From IMG/VR virus record IMGVR_UViG_3300045017_000165, positions 1 through 64,000 of that record: a DNA stretch of 64,000 nucleotides. The stretch is one strand, 5' to 3'. A program made the position numbers and the translations under genes. Below, piece after piece: positions 56,518 to 64,000 of this stretch. The DNA comes from a virus. The notes beneath the pieces are model-generated. The model saw nothing but the letters and a program-made list of their open reading frames with translations, did no database searches and was not told the DNA's origin. Each line of letters starts with the position of its first letter. Position 1 is the stretch's first letter.

Positions 56518-56770
56518 CACTACGACACGTCACTTGACATTACTTTAACCTCACGGAACTTTACCTTACTTCACATGACGGCACCACGACCATACTTTAC
56601 TCGACCATACGTTACCATGACTTTACTCTACTCAGCAGTACCATACGGTGCTTCACAGTACCCGCACGCCACTCGACTAAACGGTACCATACCTCCACAA
56701 CACAGAACGGCACAAAACCCCACCCCACATTACCAATACTGGACTGGACAGGACGACACATAACCCTTAC
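56518..56770 (-). ncRNA. periodic pentamer array 1 (RNA sense GY-NNN units); putative guide RNA array for the Cas7-like protein
   Basis: The + strand parses without gaps into 41 pentamers and 8 hexamers, all ending in RC (47 AC, 2 GC). Starts 27 nt after the stop of the RAMP gene. Confidence 0.8.
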
Positions 56771-56797
56771 TGAAAGCCATCCATGGCAAACAAGTAG

Positions 56798-57589
56798 TTA
56801 CGCAGATTCGATCGTGCACTTGAACTGTCCGTAGCCTGCGTTTCTCCACTGACCTAAGCCCGACACTCTTCCGTATGAGAAGAGTTTCTTTAGAGCTTCT
56901 TCAGTGAGCGGGGAATTCTCAAGCACGAGAAGTGTGAACTTGAGAGCGGCTCCGGATTCAATGCACTCGCTTTTAGCTACAGAGACGCGTGGACCTTGAG
57001 CTGTCATAGCTCTCAGTGAACGCTCACAGTACTTGATTGAGCCATCAGCACTCTTCATCACGTCTTTATCAAACGAGATGAATTGTTGCTCAATTGTTAC
57101 GTGTTGATTAATGATCGATTCCGTATAGCTTGCTGAGTTGAGGATCGTACCATTCTTTTTAGGAAGAGTACGAGCTACCGCTTCAGCAGCTGCTTTTAGG
57201 AATCCTTTAATCATGTGATCTCCGATACACGGCATTCCTGCCTTGTCGCGGAAGAACACTGTAACGCCTCGAAGTTCTTGCTCGTCGAGAGTTTCTTTTA
57301 AAGATTCGAGTTCACCTTTGATAGCAAGTTCGCGTTCTTCTGAGGTGAACTTTCTACCCACGAGAGTTTCAAGCTTATCGAGAAGCTTATCGGTTTCAAG
57401 TTTACCGCGCTCTTCGGTGATCTGTAGAGCTTCTAGGTACTTATTAATCTCAGCGTTGTAGCTACCTTTCTCTTGAATAAGCTTACGCTGCTTTTGAATG
57501 ATATGTTGTTCGTGAATCGACGGATCCGCCGGATTCGTGCCCAAAATGTCACGTGTGAATGACAAGACTACTTTATATTCTTTAAACAT
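56798..57589 (-). CDS. stand-alone Cas7/RAMP-superfamily protein
   Basis: N-terminal strand YKVVLSFTRDILGT, P.IGDHMIKGFLK.A helix, ERSLRA...RVSVAKSECI thumb region, and C-terminal G-rich loop YG...GLGQWRNAGYGQF. Confidence 0.8.
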   Translation of the reverse strand: MFKEYKVVLSFTRDILGTNPADPSIHEQHIIQKQRKLIQEKGSYNAEINKYLEALQITEERGKLETDKLLDKLETLVGRKFTSEERELAIKGELESLKETLDEQELRGVTVFFRDKAGMPCIGDHMIKGFLKAAAEAVARTLPKKNGTILNSASYTESIINQHVTIEQQFISFDKDVMKSADGSIKYCERSLRAMTAQGPRVSVAKSECIESGAALKFTLLVLENSPLTEEALKKLFSYGRVSGLGQWRNAGYGQFKCTIESA

Positions 57590-57610
57590 TTTAATACGCT
57601 TTCAAATAAA

Positions 57611-57650
57611 AGCGGTCACGCTCTACACTAGTTCATAGAGCGTGACCGCT
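57611..57650 (-). terminator. strong hairpin plus U-tract directly upstream of the Cas7-like gene
   Basis: AGCGGTCACGCTCTA/TAGAGCGTGACCGCT 15-bp perfect stem, followed by a T-rich tract on the - strand. Confidence 0.65.
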
Positions 57651-57661
57651 AGTTTTAGGTT

Positions 57662-57883
57662 TTACAGTACTTCTGGCTTAGATTTCTTGCCTGGCTTTTT
57701 ATTAGCTGCGGCAGGATTCTTAGCCGGTCTTCCACGCTTCTTTACGGTGCTTGGCGGCGTTGCATCGTCGTTAGCCATAAAGCGATCGTAAGCTTTCACA
57801 GCTACTGCGCCTGCTGCTGCGGAAGCGACGTAAGGAAGTGCTTTCTTAGTTACTGACCATACTGATGATAGAAAACCACTCAT
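57662..57883 (-). CDS. small basic protein with AT-hook-like KKRGRP motif
   Basis: AGGAGG RBS, amphipathic N-terminus and Lys-rich tail. Confidence 0.6.
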   Translation of the reverse strand: MSGFLSSVWSVTKKALPYVASAAAGAVAVKAYDRFMANDDATPPSTVKKRGRPAKNPAAANKKPGKKSKPEVL

Positions 57884-57991
57884 GGGATCCTCCTAATGAG
57901 TTTGTTTATGTTGTTGATTGTTGGTTGTTGCTAGCAACATTGTCTCGACCAACATTCGAGACAATACTTTAAAAACTTTTTCACTAATAAT

Positions 57992-58020
57992 CTTATACCC
58001 GAAAATGGCTATTTTTATCC
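57992..58020 (-). promoter_or_regulatory. conserved phage promoter GGATAAA-N14-GGTATAAG (upstream of the Cas7-like operon)
   Basis: Same spacing as the other copies. Confidence 0.65.
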
Positions 58021-58055
58021 AATAGTTAGATATTATACCCTATGGGGGTATAAAA

Positions 58056-58089
58056 GGTGTGCGCATAACAGATAGCTTATGCGCACACC
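58056..58089 (-). terminator. terminator hairpin
   Basis: GGTGTGCGCATAA/TTATGCGCACACC followed by TTTT on the - strand. Confidence 0.7.
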
Positions 58090-58099
58090 CAGATTCAAA

Positions 58100-58339
58100 T
58101 TACTCTGAGAACATCTCAGCAAGCTTACTTTTAGCTTCAGCTTGATGTTCTGCGGGCACTTCTTTTAGATTTATGTTTACGGTGACAGTTCCATCTTCGT
58201 TAGTGATAGCTTTACCAACCATGTAGCTGTCACCACCTAGATCAAGTCTTATTGACATCTTCTTAATATAACCGCTTGAAAACGCCATAAGAGTCACGTC
58301 ACTAACAATCTCTCTTACCACTTCTCTTAACCTAATCAT
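58100..58339 (-). CDS. hypothetical protein
   Basis: A GGAGG RBS supports the start at 58339. Confidence 0.55.
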   Translation of the reverse strand: MIRLREVVREIVSDVTLMAFSSGYIKKMSIRLDLGGDSYMVGKAITNEDGTVTVNINLKEVPAEHQAEAKSKLAEMFSE

Positions 58340-58407
58340 ATTCCGTACCTCCATAATGAAGTGGGTGCGGATTAGAAGTCTCCGCACCCGCTGACATGAT
58401 TCTGGTA

Positions 58408-59223
58408 TTACTCGGCATTTATTGAGATACCGGTAGTACCTGTTAACGAGGTCATAAGTGCAGGATCTGAACTAAAGTCTACACTCGTCACTGTAGCTCC
58501 ATAGAACCCCGTGGGGGCAGCTATGTCTACACAGGTAGATGAGTCGTAGGCTTTATAGGATCTAACAGTCCTTGACATTATGTCGTTAGTTAAAGCGACA
58601 TAATATACACCGTTATTGTTCAGCAGGACTTTGAGCATAGACCCAGCATCAGGATCATTATGACCTGAGGTTAGTCGGTTAGTCCTGACCACAGGAGTTC
58701 CGACGCACCCCAAACTAGGGTAGTAGATACGGGCACGAAGTCCGTACTCACTACCGAACTCGTTCTTATTTATGTTGACTACGAACCCACCAGTAGTATG
58801 CCAAAACGCAATGCCAACTGCGCTTTGACTAATTAGAGTTCCCATTACAACACCGAGCGAGTTCCTTACTACGAACCGAGGAGCAGCTGTACCAGCAGGA
58901 CCCTGGGCACCTTGAGCGCCCTGAGCACCTGTAGCTCCAACCGCACCCGCAGCACCTGTAGCTCCTGTGGCGCCTTGTGGTCCTTGAGGACCTTGAGCGC
59001 CATTAGATACTACAGCAGTGTTACCGCTTGGATCTGTGATACGAACGCCGTCTGACAGCTGAGTAATGGTGATTGAACCAACACTCATACTTTCACCGAC
59101 GCTAAGGTTAGTAGCCGCACCGTCCACTGGCATGACTGTTACGGATTCACTTACACAACCTGAGAGAACAGCTACTGAAGTTACAATCAAACTACCAACT
59201 GACATCATCATGAGCTTATTCAT
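58408..59223 (-). CDS. collagen-repeat lipoprotein
   Basis: Lipobox VLSGC and about 12 Gly-X-Y triplets (GAQGPQGPQGATGATG...). Confidence 0.75.
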   Translation of the reverse strand: MNKLMMMSVGSLIVTSVAVLSGCVSESVTVMPVDGAATNLSVGESMSVGSITITQLSDGVRITDPSGNTAVVSNGAQGPQGPQGATGATGAAGAVGATGAQGAQGAQGPAGTAAPRFVVRNSLGVVMGTLISQSAVGIAFWHTTGGFVVNINKNEFGSEYGLRARIYYPSLGCVGTPVVRTNRLTSGHNDPDAGSMLKVLLNNNGVYYVALTNDIMSRTVRSYKAYDSSTCVDIAAPTGFYGATVTSVDFSSDPALMTSLTGTTGISINAE

Positions 59224-59268
59224 AACGTCCTACCTTTCATGATTACATTGATTGGATCGCGACGAGCT

Positions 59269-59670
59269 TCACAGTGAACGCACGACATGTGCGAACTTAC
59301 TGAGCGCATCGTTTGTTTCTTGCAGTAAGCGTCTTCTGAGAATCTTTTGTAGTAGAGGTAGCTCTGAGATATATTTTTTGTGAGCGATTAGAGTATTTGC
59401 TAATTGCTCAGTCAAATATTCTTTAGCTATCTTTACTGCTAGTACGTCGTCGACCTTAGAGGTATCAAATTCTCTATCGTCGTCTAAAAGTGCTAGCTTA
59501 AAATTCTCAGCAGTTTGCTCAGCACATCCGATTACAAGTTCGTCTGTGCTTTTTAGTTTCACTAGATCTACAATCGTCTTCGCGACAAGATCACCCAACA
59601 GTGATTTTTCTGACATTCTTTTTCGTTGGAGTGTCTGGCTTGGCGACGCGTGGTTTTTTACGTTCGACAT
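59269..59670 (-). CDS. hypothetical protein
   Basis: Helical ORF. Start is uncertain because it overlaps 59591..60106. Confidence 0.5.
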   Translation of the reverse strand: MSNVKNHASPSQTLQRKRMSEKSLLGDLVAKTIVDLVKLKSTDELVIGCAEQTAENFKLALLDDDREFDTSKVDDVLAVKIAKEYLTEQLANTLIAHKKYISELPLLQKILRRRLLQETNDALSKFAHVVRSL

Positions 59671-60106
59671 TTTGCAGTCCTCCTTTTTCTTCGATTGATT
59701 TGATGTAGTGTCTTACGGCTACGATTACCCCGCCCGCTACTTGCTTCATTTTGGAAATGATAAGTAGTTTGGCAAAGTGCGCAGCCTTGTCAGCACCTAC
59801 ATCGTCTTTGTTAATGATCGATCCCATCACGAAGAACATCGCCCCGTACTTGAGCTTACGGAGCGTTTCGATATGAAGACCATTAGGGCGGTCATCTATC
59901 TGTGACGGGAACATCTTTACGAAAACAGCCGCGAATTTCTCGGTAGTTGCCGATAGGGTCTCGAGCGTGTTCACGACTGAGTTCATTAGCCCTTCATTAC
60001 TTTCATTGTCAGCCAGTTTAGCGGCGGACTCTGAAAAGGCTTCAAGAGACTCTGCGAATACGTGCATTGAGTCTAGTTCGTCTTTGCTTAGTTTTAATGT
60101 TTTCAT
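59591..60106 (-). CDS. hypothetical protein
   Basis: GAGGTG RBS, downstream of a promoter motif. Confidence 0.6.
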   Translation of the reverse strand: MKTLKLSKDELDSMHVFAESLEAFSESAAKLADNESNEGLMNSVVNTLETLSATTEKFAAVFVKMFPSQIDDRPNGLHIETLRKLKYGAMFFVMGSIINKDDVGADKAAHFAKLLIISKMKQVAGGVIVAVRHYIKSIEEKGGLQNVERKKPRVAKPDTPTKKNVRKITVG

Positions 60107-60259
60107 AGGTCACCTCTTTGGTTAATAGTTAAAGTTTTAGTTTGGATACACGACCGCCCAACGCTAGCACCGTTTAGATGCAGCGTTAGACGGGGTCTAA
60201 GCTTTATGTAAAGGGAGGAAAAAATAGCTTAAGGGAATAAGTATTTTTTACCTATTAAA

Positions 60260-60288
60260 CATATACCCTTAAAAGGGCTGTTTTTGCC
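60260..60288 (-). promoter_or_regulatory. conserved phage promoter GGCAAAA-N14-GGTATATG
   Basis: Same spacing as the other copies. Confidence 0.65.
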
Positions 60289-60348
60289 TGTATTTTTGAT
60301 GGGTTAGTGGAGGTCTAAAAAGGGTGTTTTTTAGGTATTCAGATGGAC

Positions 60349-60549
60349 TTATTTGGGGGTTGATTTAAAGCCCTTGAGGAAGCCTGAAACGTTATAGTTC
60401 TTTGGAGCGTTTATGGCATCTATATCGGCATAGCTAAGCCCTAGATTTTTGAGTCTTCCCCACTCTCTTGTGGAGCGAAGCTTTTTTGTAAGAGCGGGGT
60501 TTTTAGCGAATATTGATCTTAGAAGCTGGTATGCACCTGGTTTAGACAT
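60349..60549 (-). CDS. small basic protein
   Basis: 66 aa ORF. Confidence 0.4.
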   Translation of the reverse strand: MSKPGAYQLLRSIFAKNPALTKKLRSTREWGRLKNLGLSYADIDAINAPKNYNVSGFLKGFKSTPK

Positions 60550-60609
60550 GAAGGTAATTTTATCGCAATACCTAAAAAAGAGCCAGAGGGGAGCCGGCTC
60601 TTTCGGTTA

Positions 60610-60903
60610 TTAGTTCATCCAATTCTTACTGGGTATGACGAATGTTTTAACAGCATTATCTGAATCATCGGGGGATGATTGTTCTACTGCTGTACTCGCC
60701 TTGGCTGTCAAAGATTTGAACGTAGTAACGATCTTACTGAAATCTTTACTTAGTTTTTTAAAATCCCTGAGAGTTTTATTACTCAGTACTAACTGGCGCT
60801 TCATTTCAATCGCCTGACTACGAAGTTTTAAAATCTGAAGCATCAGATAGATGCATGTCAGTCCTAAAACAACTAATGAGACGCTGAAAACTTTGTTATA
60901 CAT
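60610..60903 (-). CDS. N-terminal TM plus coiled-coil protein
   Basis: An AAGGA RBS supports the ATG at 60903. TM segment VFSVSLVVLGLTCIYLML. Confidence 0.55.
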   Translation of the reverse strand: MYNKVFSVSLVVLGLTCIYLMLQILKLRSQAIEMKRQLVLSNKTLRDFKKLSKDFSKIVTTFKSLTAKASTAVEQSSPDDSDNAVKTFVIPSKNWMN

Positions 60904-60924
60904 ACGATTCCTTCCCAATAACAA

Positions 60925-61458
60925 GTAACGTTACCGTACCTTACCTTACGAAACCCCAACGCAACGCTACTGAACTCCACATAACTATACCACCACACAA
61001 CATAATCACCACTACCGCGCAACACATTACATTACCCCGCCAAGACAGTGCATTACTTCACCGTACTAAAGCTAAGCCCTACCGCACAGTACCCTACCCG
61101 AACCGGTTTCTACCGGAACACAACACTACTAAACTTAACTACACCATACCGTCACGTTACATGACGAAACTGCACTGACGCAGTACATTGCTTTACCGAG
61201 ACTTTACTACACTCAACGACACTTCACGCTACCCAACCGTGACTTTACTGCACCCTACTACACATCACGATACCTCACTGTGGCTTTACCCCACGACACA
61301 CCACCCAATCAAACATCACCATACCGCACGGGACTCTACCGAGACGCTGCCATGCTGGACGTTACTTTGCCATAGCAATACTGCACAACACGTTACCCGA
61401 CCTTACCATAGCATCACCTTACAACACGAGACCTTGCGTCACTGTAGCATCGCAGTAC
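60925..61458 (-). ncRNA. periodic pentamer array 2 (GY-NNN units, ~100 units)
   Basis: Same NNNRC pentamer / YNNNRC hexamer grammar as array 1, with a few degenerate units. Begins at the stop codon of 61458..61709. Confidence 0.8.
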
Positions 61459-61709
61459 TAATGTGCAGTATCGTTACGGACTTCGTCTGAACTAAACGAT
61501 GTCGCCGCAACGTAATTATTTTTTTCCTGTGGTGGATAAACAAGAAAAACCGTCCTGCCGTTTAGTACGACTGGAAGCATAGTGTGTATTCCTGTCGTAG
61601 CTACTTTGGAAGATTCTTCCAAAATATCCGCAAGAGCTCTTAGCTGCTCTGGCGAAGTTTCAAATAATTGCCCGTGTACAACTTGTCCCGTAGTTTTAAA
61701 TTTTTCCAC
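61458..61709 (-). CDS. hypothetical protein immediately upstream of array 2
   Basis: GGGGAG RBS, GTG start, 83 aa. Confidence 0.55.
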   Translation of the reverse strand: MEKFKTTGQVVHGQLFETSPEQLRALADILEESSKVATTGIHTMLPVVLNGRTVFLVYPPQEKNNYVAATSFSSDEVRNDTAH

Positions 61710-61727
61710 GACAAATCTCCCCTAAAT

Positions 61728-61762
61728 AAAAAAGGGAGCCGTCTAAAAGATAGACGACTCCC
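61728..61762 (-). terminator. intrinsic terminator
   Basis: GGGAGTCGTCTA/TAGACGGCTCCC followed by a T run on the - strand. Confidence 0.7.
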
Positions 61763-61813
61763 AAGTTGGTTTTCACTACTTTAAACTTATACCATTTAAA
61801 TTAATGGTTTAGT

Positions 61814-62134
61814 TCACACTGTCTGATCAATCAGAGATGCCACCAGATATCTATATTCGGTCTTTAATGCCTCGGAATACGGTGACGCTAAAATCTTTAC
61901 TCTGACTAAAACTAGCTCACTAAGCCTGAGTCCTAATGGAGCTAAGAATTGCACTTTAGCGTTAGTTGTTCCTGATGATTCCACTCCTATTATGAGCGGG
62001 TATTGAAATAGGACTGGCTCGTCTAAATCAACGTTTTCTATCGCGCAATGCATGAACGCCATGATGGTTTGCCCATCATCTAGCTGTGCGATGACGACTG
62101 GATTATTTTTCAATGCGTCTACTATACTAGTCAT
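61814..62134 (-). CDS. hypothetical protein, tandem paralog of 62127..62561
   Basis: VIAQLDDGQTIMAFMH..IENVDL....LFQYP shared with the neighbour. Confidence 0.65.
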   Translation of the reverse strand: MTSIVDALKNNPVVIAQLDDGQTIMAFMHCAIENVDLDEPVLFQYPLIIGVESSGTTNAKVQFLAPLGLRLSELVLVRVKILASPYSEALKTEYRYLVASLIDQTV

Positions 62135-62561
62135 TTCGATCCCCCTTATTTAGTTTAGTTTTGTTCCTTAGGTTGGCTTCGTTTTCTTCGATTTGTTTTA
62201 GGTAGTTGTACACTGCAGATCTGTAGGCTTCTTTTGCGCACTGCGAGCTAGGTGAGTCCAGCCCCGCAACTTTCCTGAGCGAGAACTCACTTAAGCAGCG
62301 CCCGAAAGGACGGTCTAACACCGAGTCTAATTCTGCGTCATCAGAGTCGGGTATTTCGTAATTTAAGAACGGTGCGGTTCTAACGGACTCTTCAGCTGAT
62401 ATAACTTCTATAGGATATTGAAATAAGATAGCATCGTTTAGATCAACGTTTTCCATCTCTCCGTGCATAAACGCCATAAAGCTTTTCCCGTTGTCCAGAT
62501 GAGCAATCACGACGTGGAGTTGTTTCAGTATATCTTTTTGATCGGGTTGTTTTTTATTCAT
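62127..62561 (-). CDS. hypothetical protein, tandem paralog of 61814..62134
   Basis: VIAHLDNGKSFMAFMH..MENVDL....LFQYP. Confidence 0.65.
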   Translation of the reverse strand: MNKKQPDQKDILKQLHVVIAHLDNGKSFMAFMHGEMENVDLNDAILFQYPIEVISAEESVRTAPFLNYEIPDSDDAELDSVLDRPFGRCLSEFSLRKVAGLDSPSSQCAKEAYRSAVYNYLKQIEENEANLRNKTKLNKGDRND

Positions 62562-62572
62562 TTGTGTTTCCT

Positions 62573-64000
62573 TTATTTAGTCCAATAAGGCAGAAGTATG
62601 CCTTCAACTTCCATAGGCACTCTTGAGAGAAATTTCTGACTCTGCTCGATGCCTATCTTTTTATGAAGTTCGTGCGCTTCTTCTGCGTCTTTTTTAGCTA
62701 CATCTAAGACAACTTCGTCATAGATGCTGTTATACATTCTGGCGTCGTAGCCTCGCTTTTTGAATTCTTTGCGAAGCTCGTACATCCAGCACTTGGTCAT
62801 CTCTACGTTGGTAGATTGCACCATGAAGTTTGCGGCTTCTCGTTCAATCTGCGCGTAGATATTTTGTCTCTTCTCATCCACAAGCCTACTTACTTGCCTA
62901 TTGATCACGACTTTGTCTAGATCTCCGATTGCGATACCCTTGTAAGATTTCATGACTTCTTTATACATTTCACCATGGATCTTAGCAGTGTTTGGCGGCA
63001 ACCATCTTCTGCGCCTACCATTAATGTTACTCATGGATAGCTGAGATCTTCCTAAGCGTTTACAATTGTCGAGCCAGTGAATGGCTCCACGGAAAGTCTG
63101 CTTGTACTTCTGTAGAAGCTCGTGGCACTCTTCAATTGTAATTGCATAACCCGCCGAATTAAGTAGCAAGTGTAACCTACCAGCACCACCTCCGTATGCG
63201 AGCATGAAGTTGATAGTTTTAGCGGGAGTTCTTAGTTTCGCGTTCGTGTTCTTTTTCGTTACCTCGCAACCAAACAGCATTGAGGCTACATAGCAATGAA
63301 AGTCGACGCCACTGTTAAAACCCCTGACCATCAATTCGTCTTCCGATTGATCCGCAAGAATTCTTAATTCCGCTCCACTCAGATCAACAGTGGAGATTAG
63401 TCTTGATGGATCCGTTGTGAACGCGTGACGGAATCTTTTATCTCTTGGAATGTTTAGAACATTGATTCCCCCTCTACCAGCAACACGACCGGTTTCTGTG
63501 CCATATTGCCAGAACGCCGGGTGTATTCTACCTGTGGCTGGATTTATGGCGTCTATAAAGTTTTGCCCGTATGCAGATATGGCTCGCATCGCTTCTCTAT
63601 AGTTATCGAGCGCCGGAATCATGGGGTGCTTAATTTTTTTACGCACCTCCTTACCAGTGCTGGTGATCATCTCACCGTCTACAGTGATGCCGTTCCTCTG
63701 CATGGCATAAAGAATGGTTGGCTGGGAGTTGTAATTAATGTCCAGCACTCCAAATAGGTCTCGATCAAAGAATGGTTCAAAGAACGGTTCTAGATTTCGT
63801 TTAGCCTCCTCCGCCTTATCTTGGTTAAACTTCATGACGTCTTTCCAAGCATCGGTGTCAAGTTTTTGACCGAAGTAGGTGATGTCTGCAAACGCTGGGA
63901 GGGCGTTACACTCAATTAGGAAGGTGGGCATAATACCCTCCTTAAGAAGACGGTCTCCTATCTTTTCTCTGAGCGGAATAAGGTCGGCGGTGTCTTCAGC
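62573..64000 (-). CDS. polA: family A DNA polymerase (5' part outside the window)
   Basis: TETGR, NVLNIPR, motif A DLSGAELRILA, motif B RTPAKTINFMLAYG, motif C IYDEVV. Frame stays open to the window edge (AEDT, ExoIII-like). Confidence 0.92.
   Translation of the reverse strand, partial: AEDTADLIPLREKIGDRLLKEGIMPTFLIECNALPAFADITYFGQKLDTDAWKDVMKFNQDKAEEAKRNLEPFFEPFFDRDLFGVLDINYNSQPTILYAMQRNGITVDGEMITSTGKEVRKKIKHPMIPALDNYREAMRAISAYGQNFIDAINPATGRIHPAFWQYGTETGRVAGRGGINVLNIPRDKRFRHAFTTDPSRLISTVDLSGAELRILADQSEDELMVRGFNSGVDFHCYVASMLFGCEVTKKNTNAKLRTPAKTINFMLAYGGGAGRLHLLLNSAGYAITIEECHELLQKYKQTFRGAIHWLDNCKRLGRSQLSMSNINGRRRRWLPPNTAKIHGEMYKEVMKSYKGIAIGDLDKVVINRQVSRLVDEKRQNIYAQIEREAANFMVQSTNVEMTKCWMYELRKEFKKRGYDARMYNSIYDEVVLDVAKKDAEEAHELHKKIGIEQSQKFLSRVPMEVEGILLPYWTK

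Noticed and set aside
56485-56763. + strand 92-aa ORF over array 1
   Set aside because: The T/H/Y/P-rich translation is a by-product of the NNNAC periodicity. It is antisense to the operon and has no RBS.
56400-61460. Conventional CRISPR array near the Cas7-like gene
   Set aside because: No 20-50 nt direct repeats with spacers were found. Conservation is limited to 2 of every 5 nt.
61188-61490. + strand 100-aa ORF over array 2
   Set aside because: Same artefact: a His/Thr-rich read-out of the pentamer array.
63929-63945. AAGGAGG plus ATG as the start of DNA polymerase
   Set aside because: The frame remains open to the window edge with ExoIII-like residues, so the gene probably starts outside the window.

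Overview
This 64-kb window comes from a large tailed dsDNA phage (jumbo-phage-like). The + strand carries the late/virion module. From ~1-31 kb it holds many paralogous tail-fibre/adhesin genes, a GIY-YIG endonuclease, a lipase, a patatin and membrane proteins. After that come a probable portal, many small proteins with a shared N-terminal F-x(1-2)-G-F-x-K-T-A motif, a single-polypeptide fused beta-beta' RNA polymerase, a baseplate spike-like gene and an intein-containing terminase large subunit. The RNAP's catalytic DFDGD motif is followed directly by a non-canonical intein. The - strand carries early/replication genes (SSB, family A DNA polymerase, lipoproteins). Five - strand units and one ORF-free region share a bipartite promoter, GGCAAAA-N14-GRTATAAG, found six times. 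The most striking system is a stand-alone Cas7/RAMP-like gene (56798-57589, -) with no CRISPR array or other cas genes in the window. It is followed directly by a non-coding array of 5-nt units (RNA sense GY-NNN), punctuated every ~21-61 nt by a 6-nt unit and closed by a hairpin. A second, longer array with the same grammar lies at 60925-61458. Together these look like a programmable RNA-guided system with a periodic, non-contiguous guide code. All product calls come from motif recognition by eye; no database searches were run.
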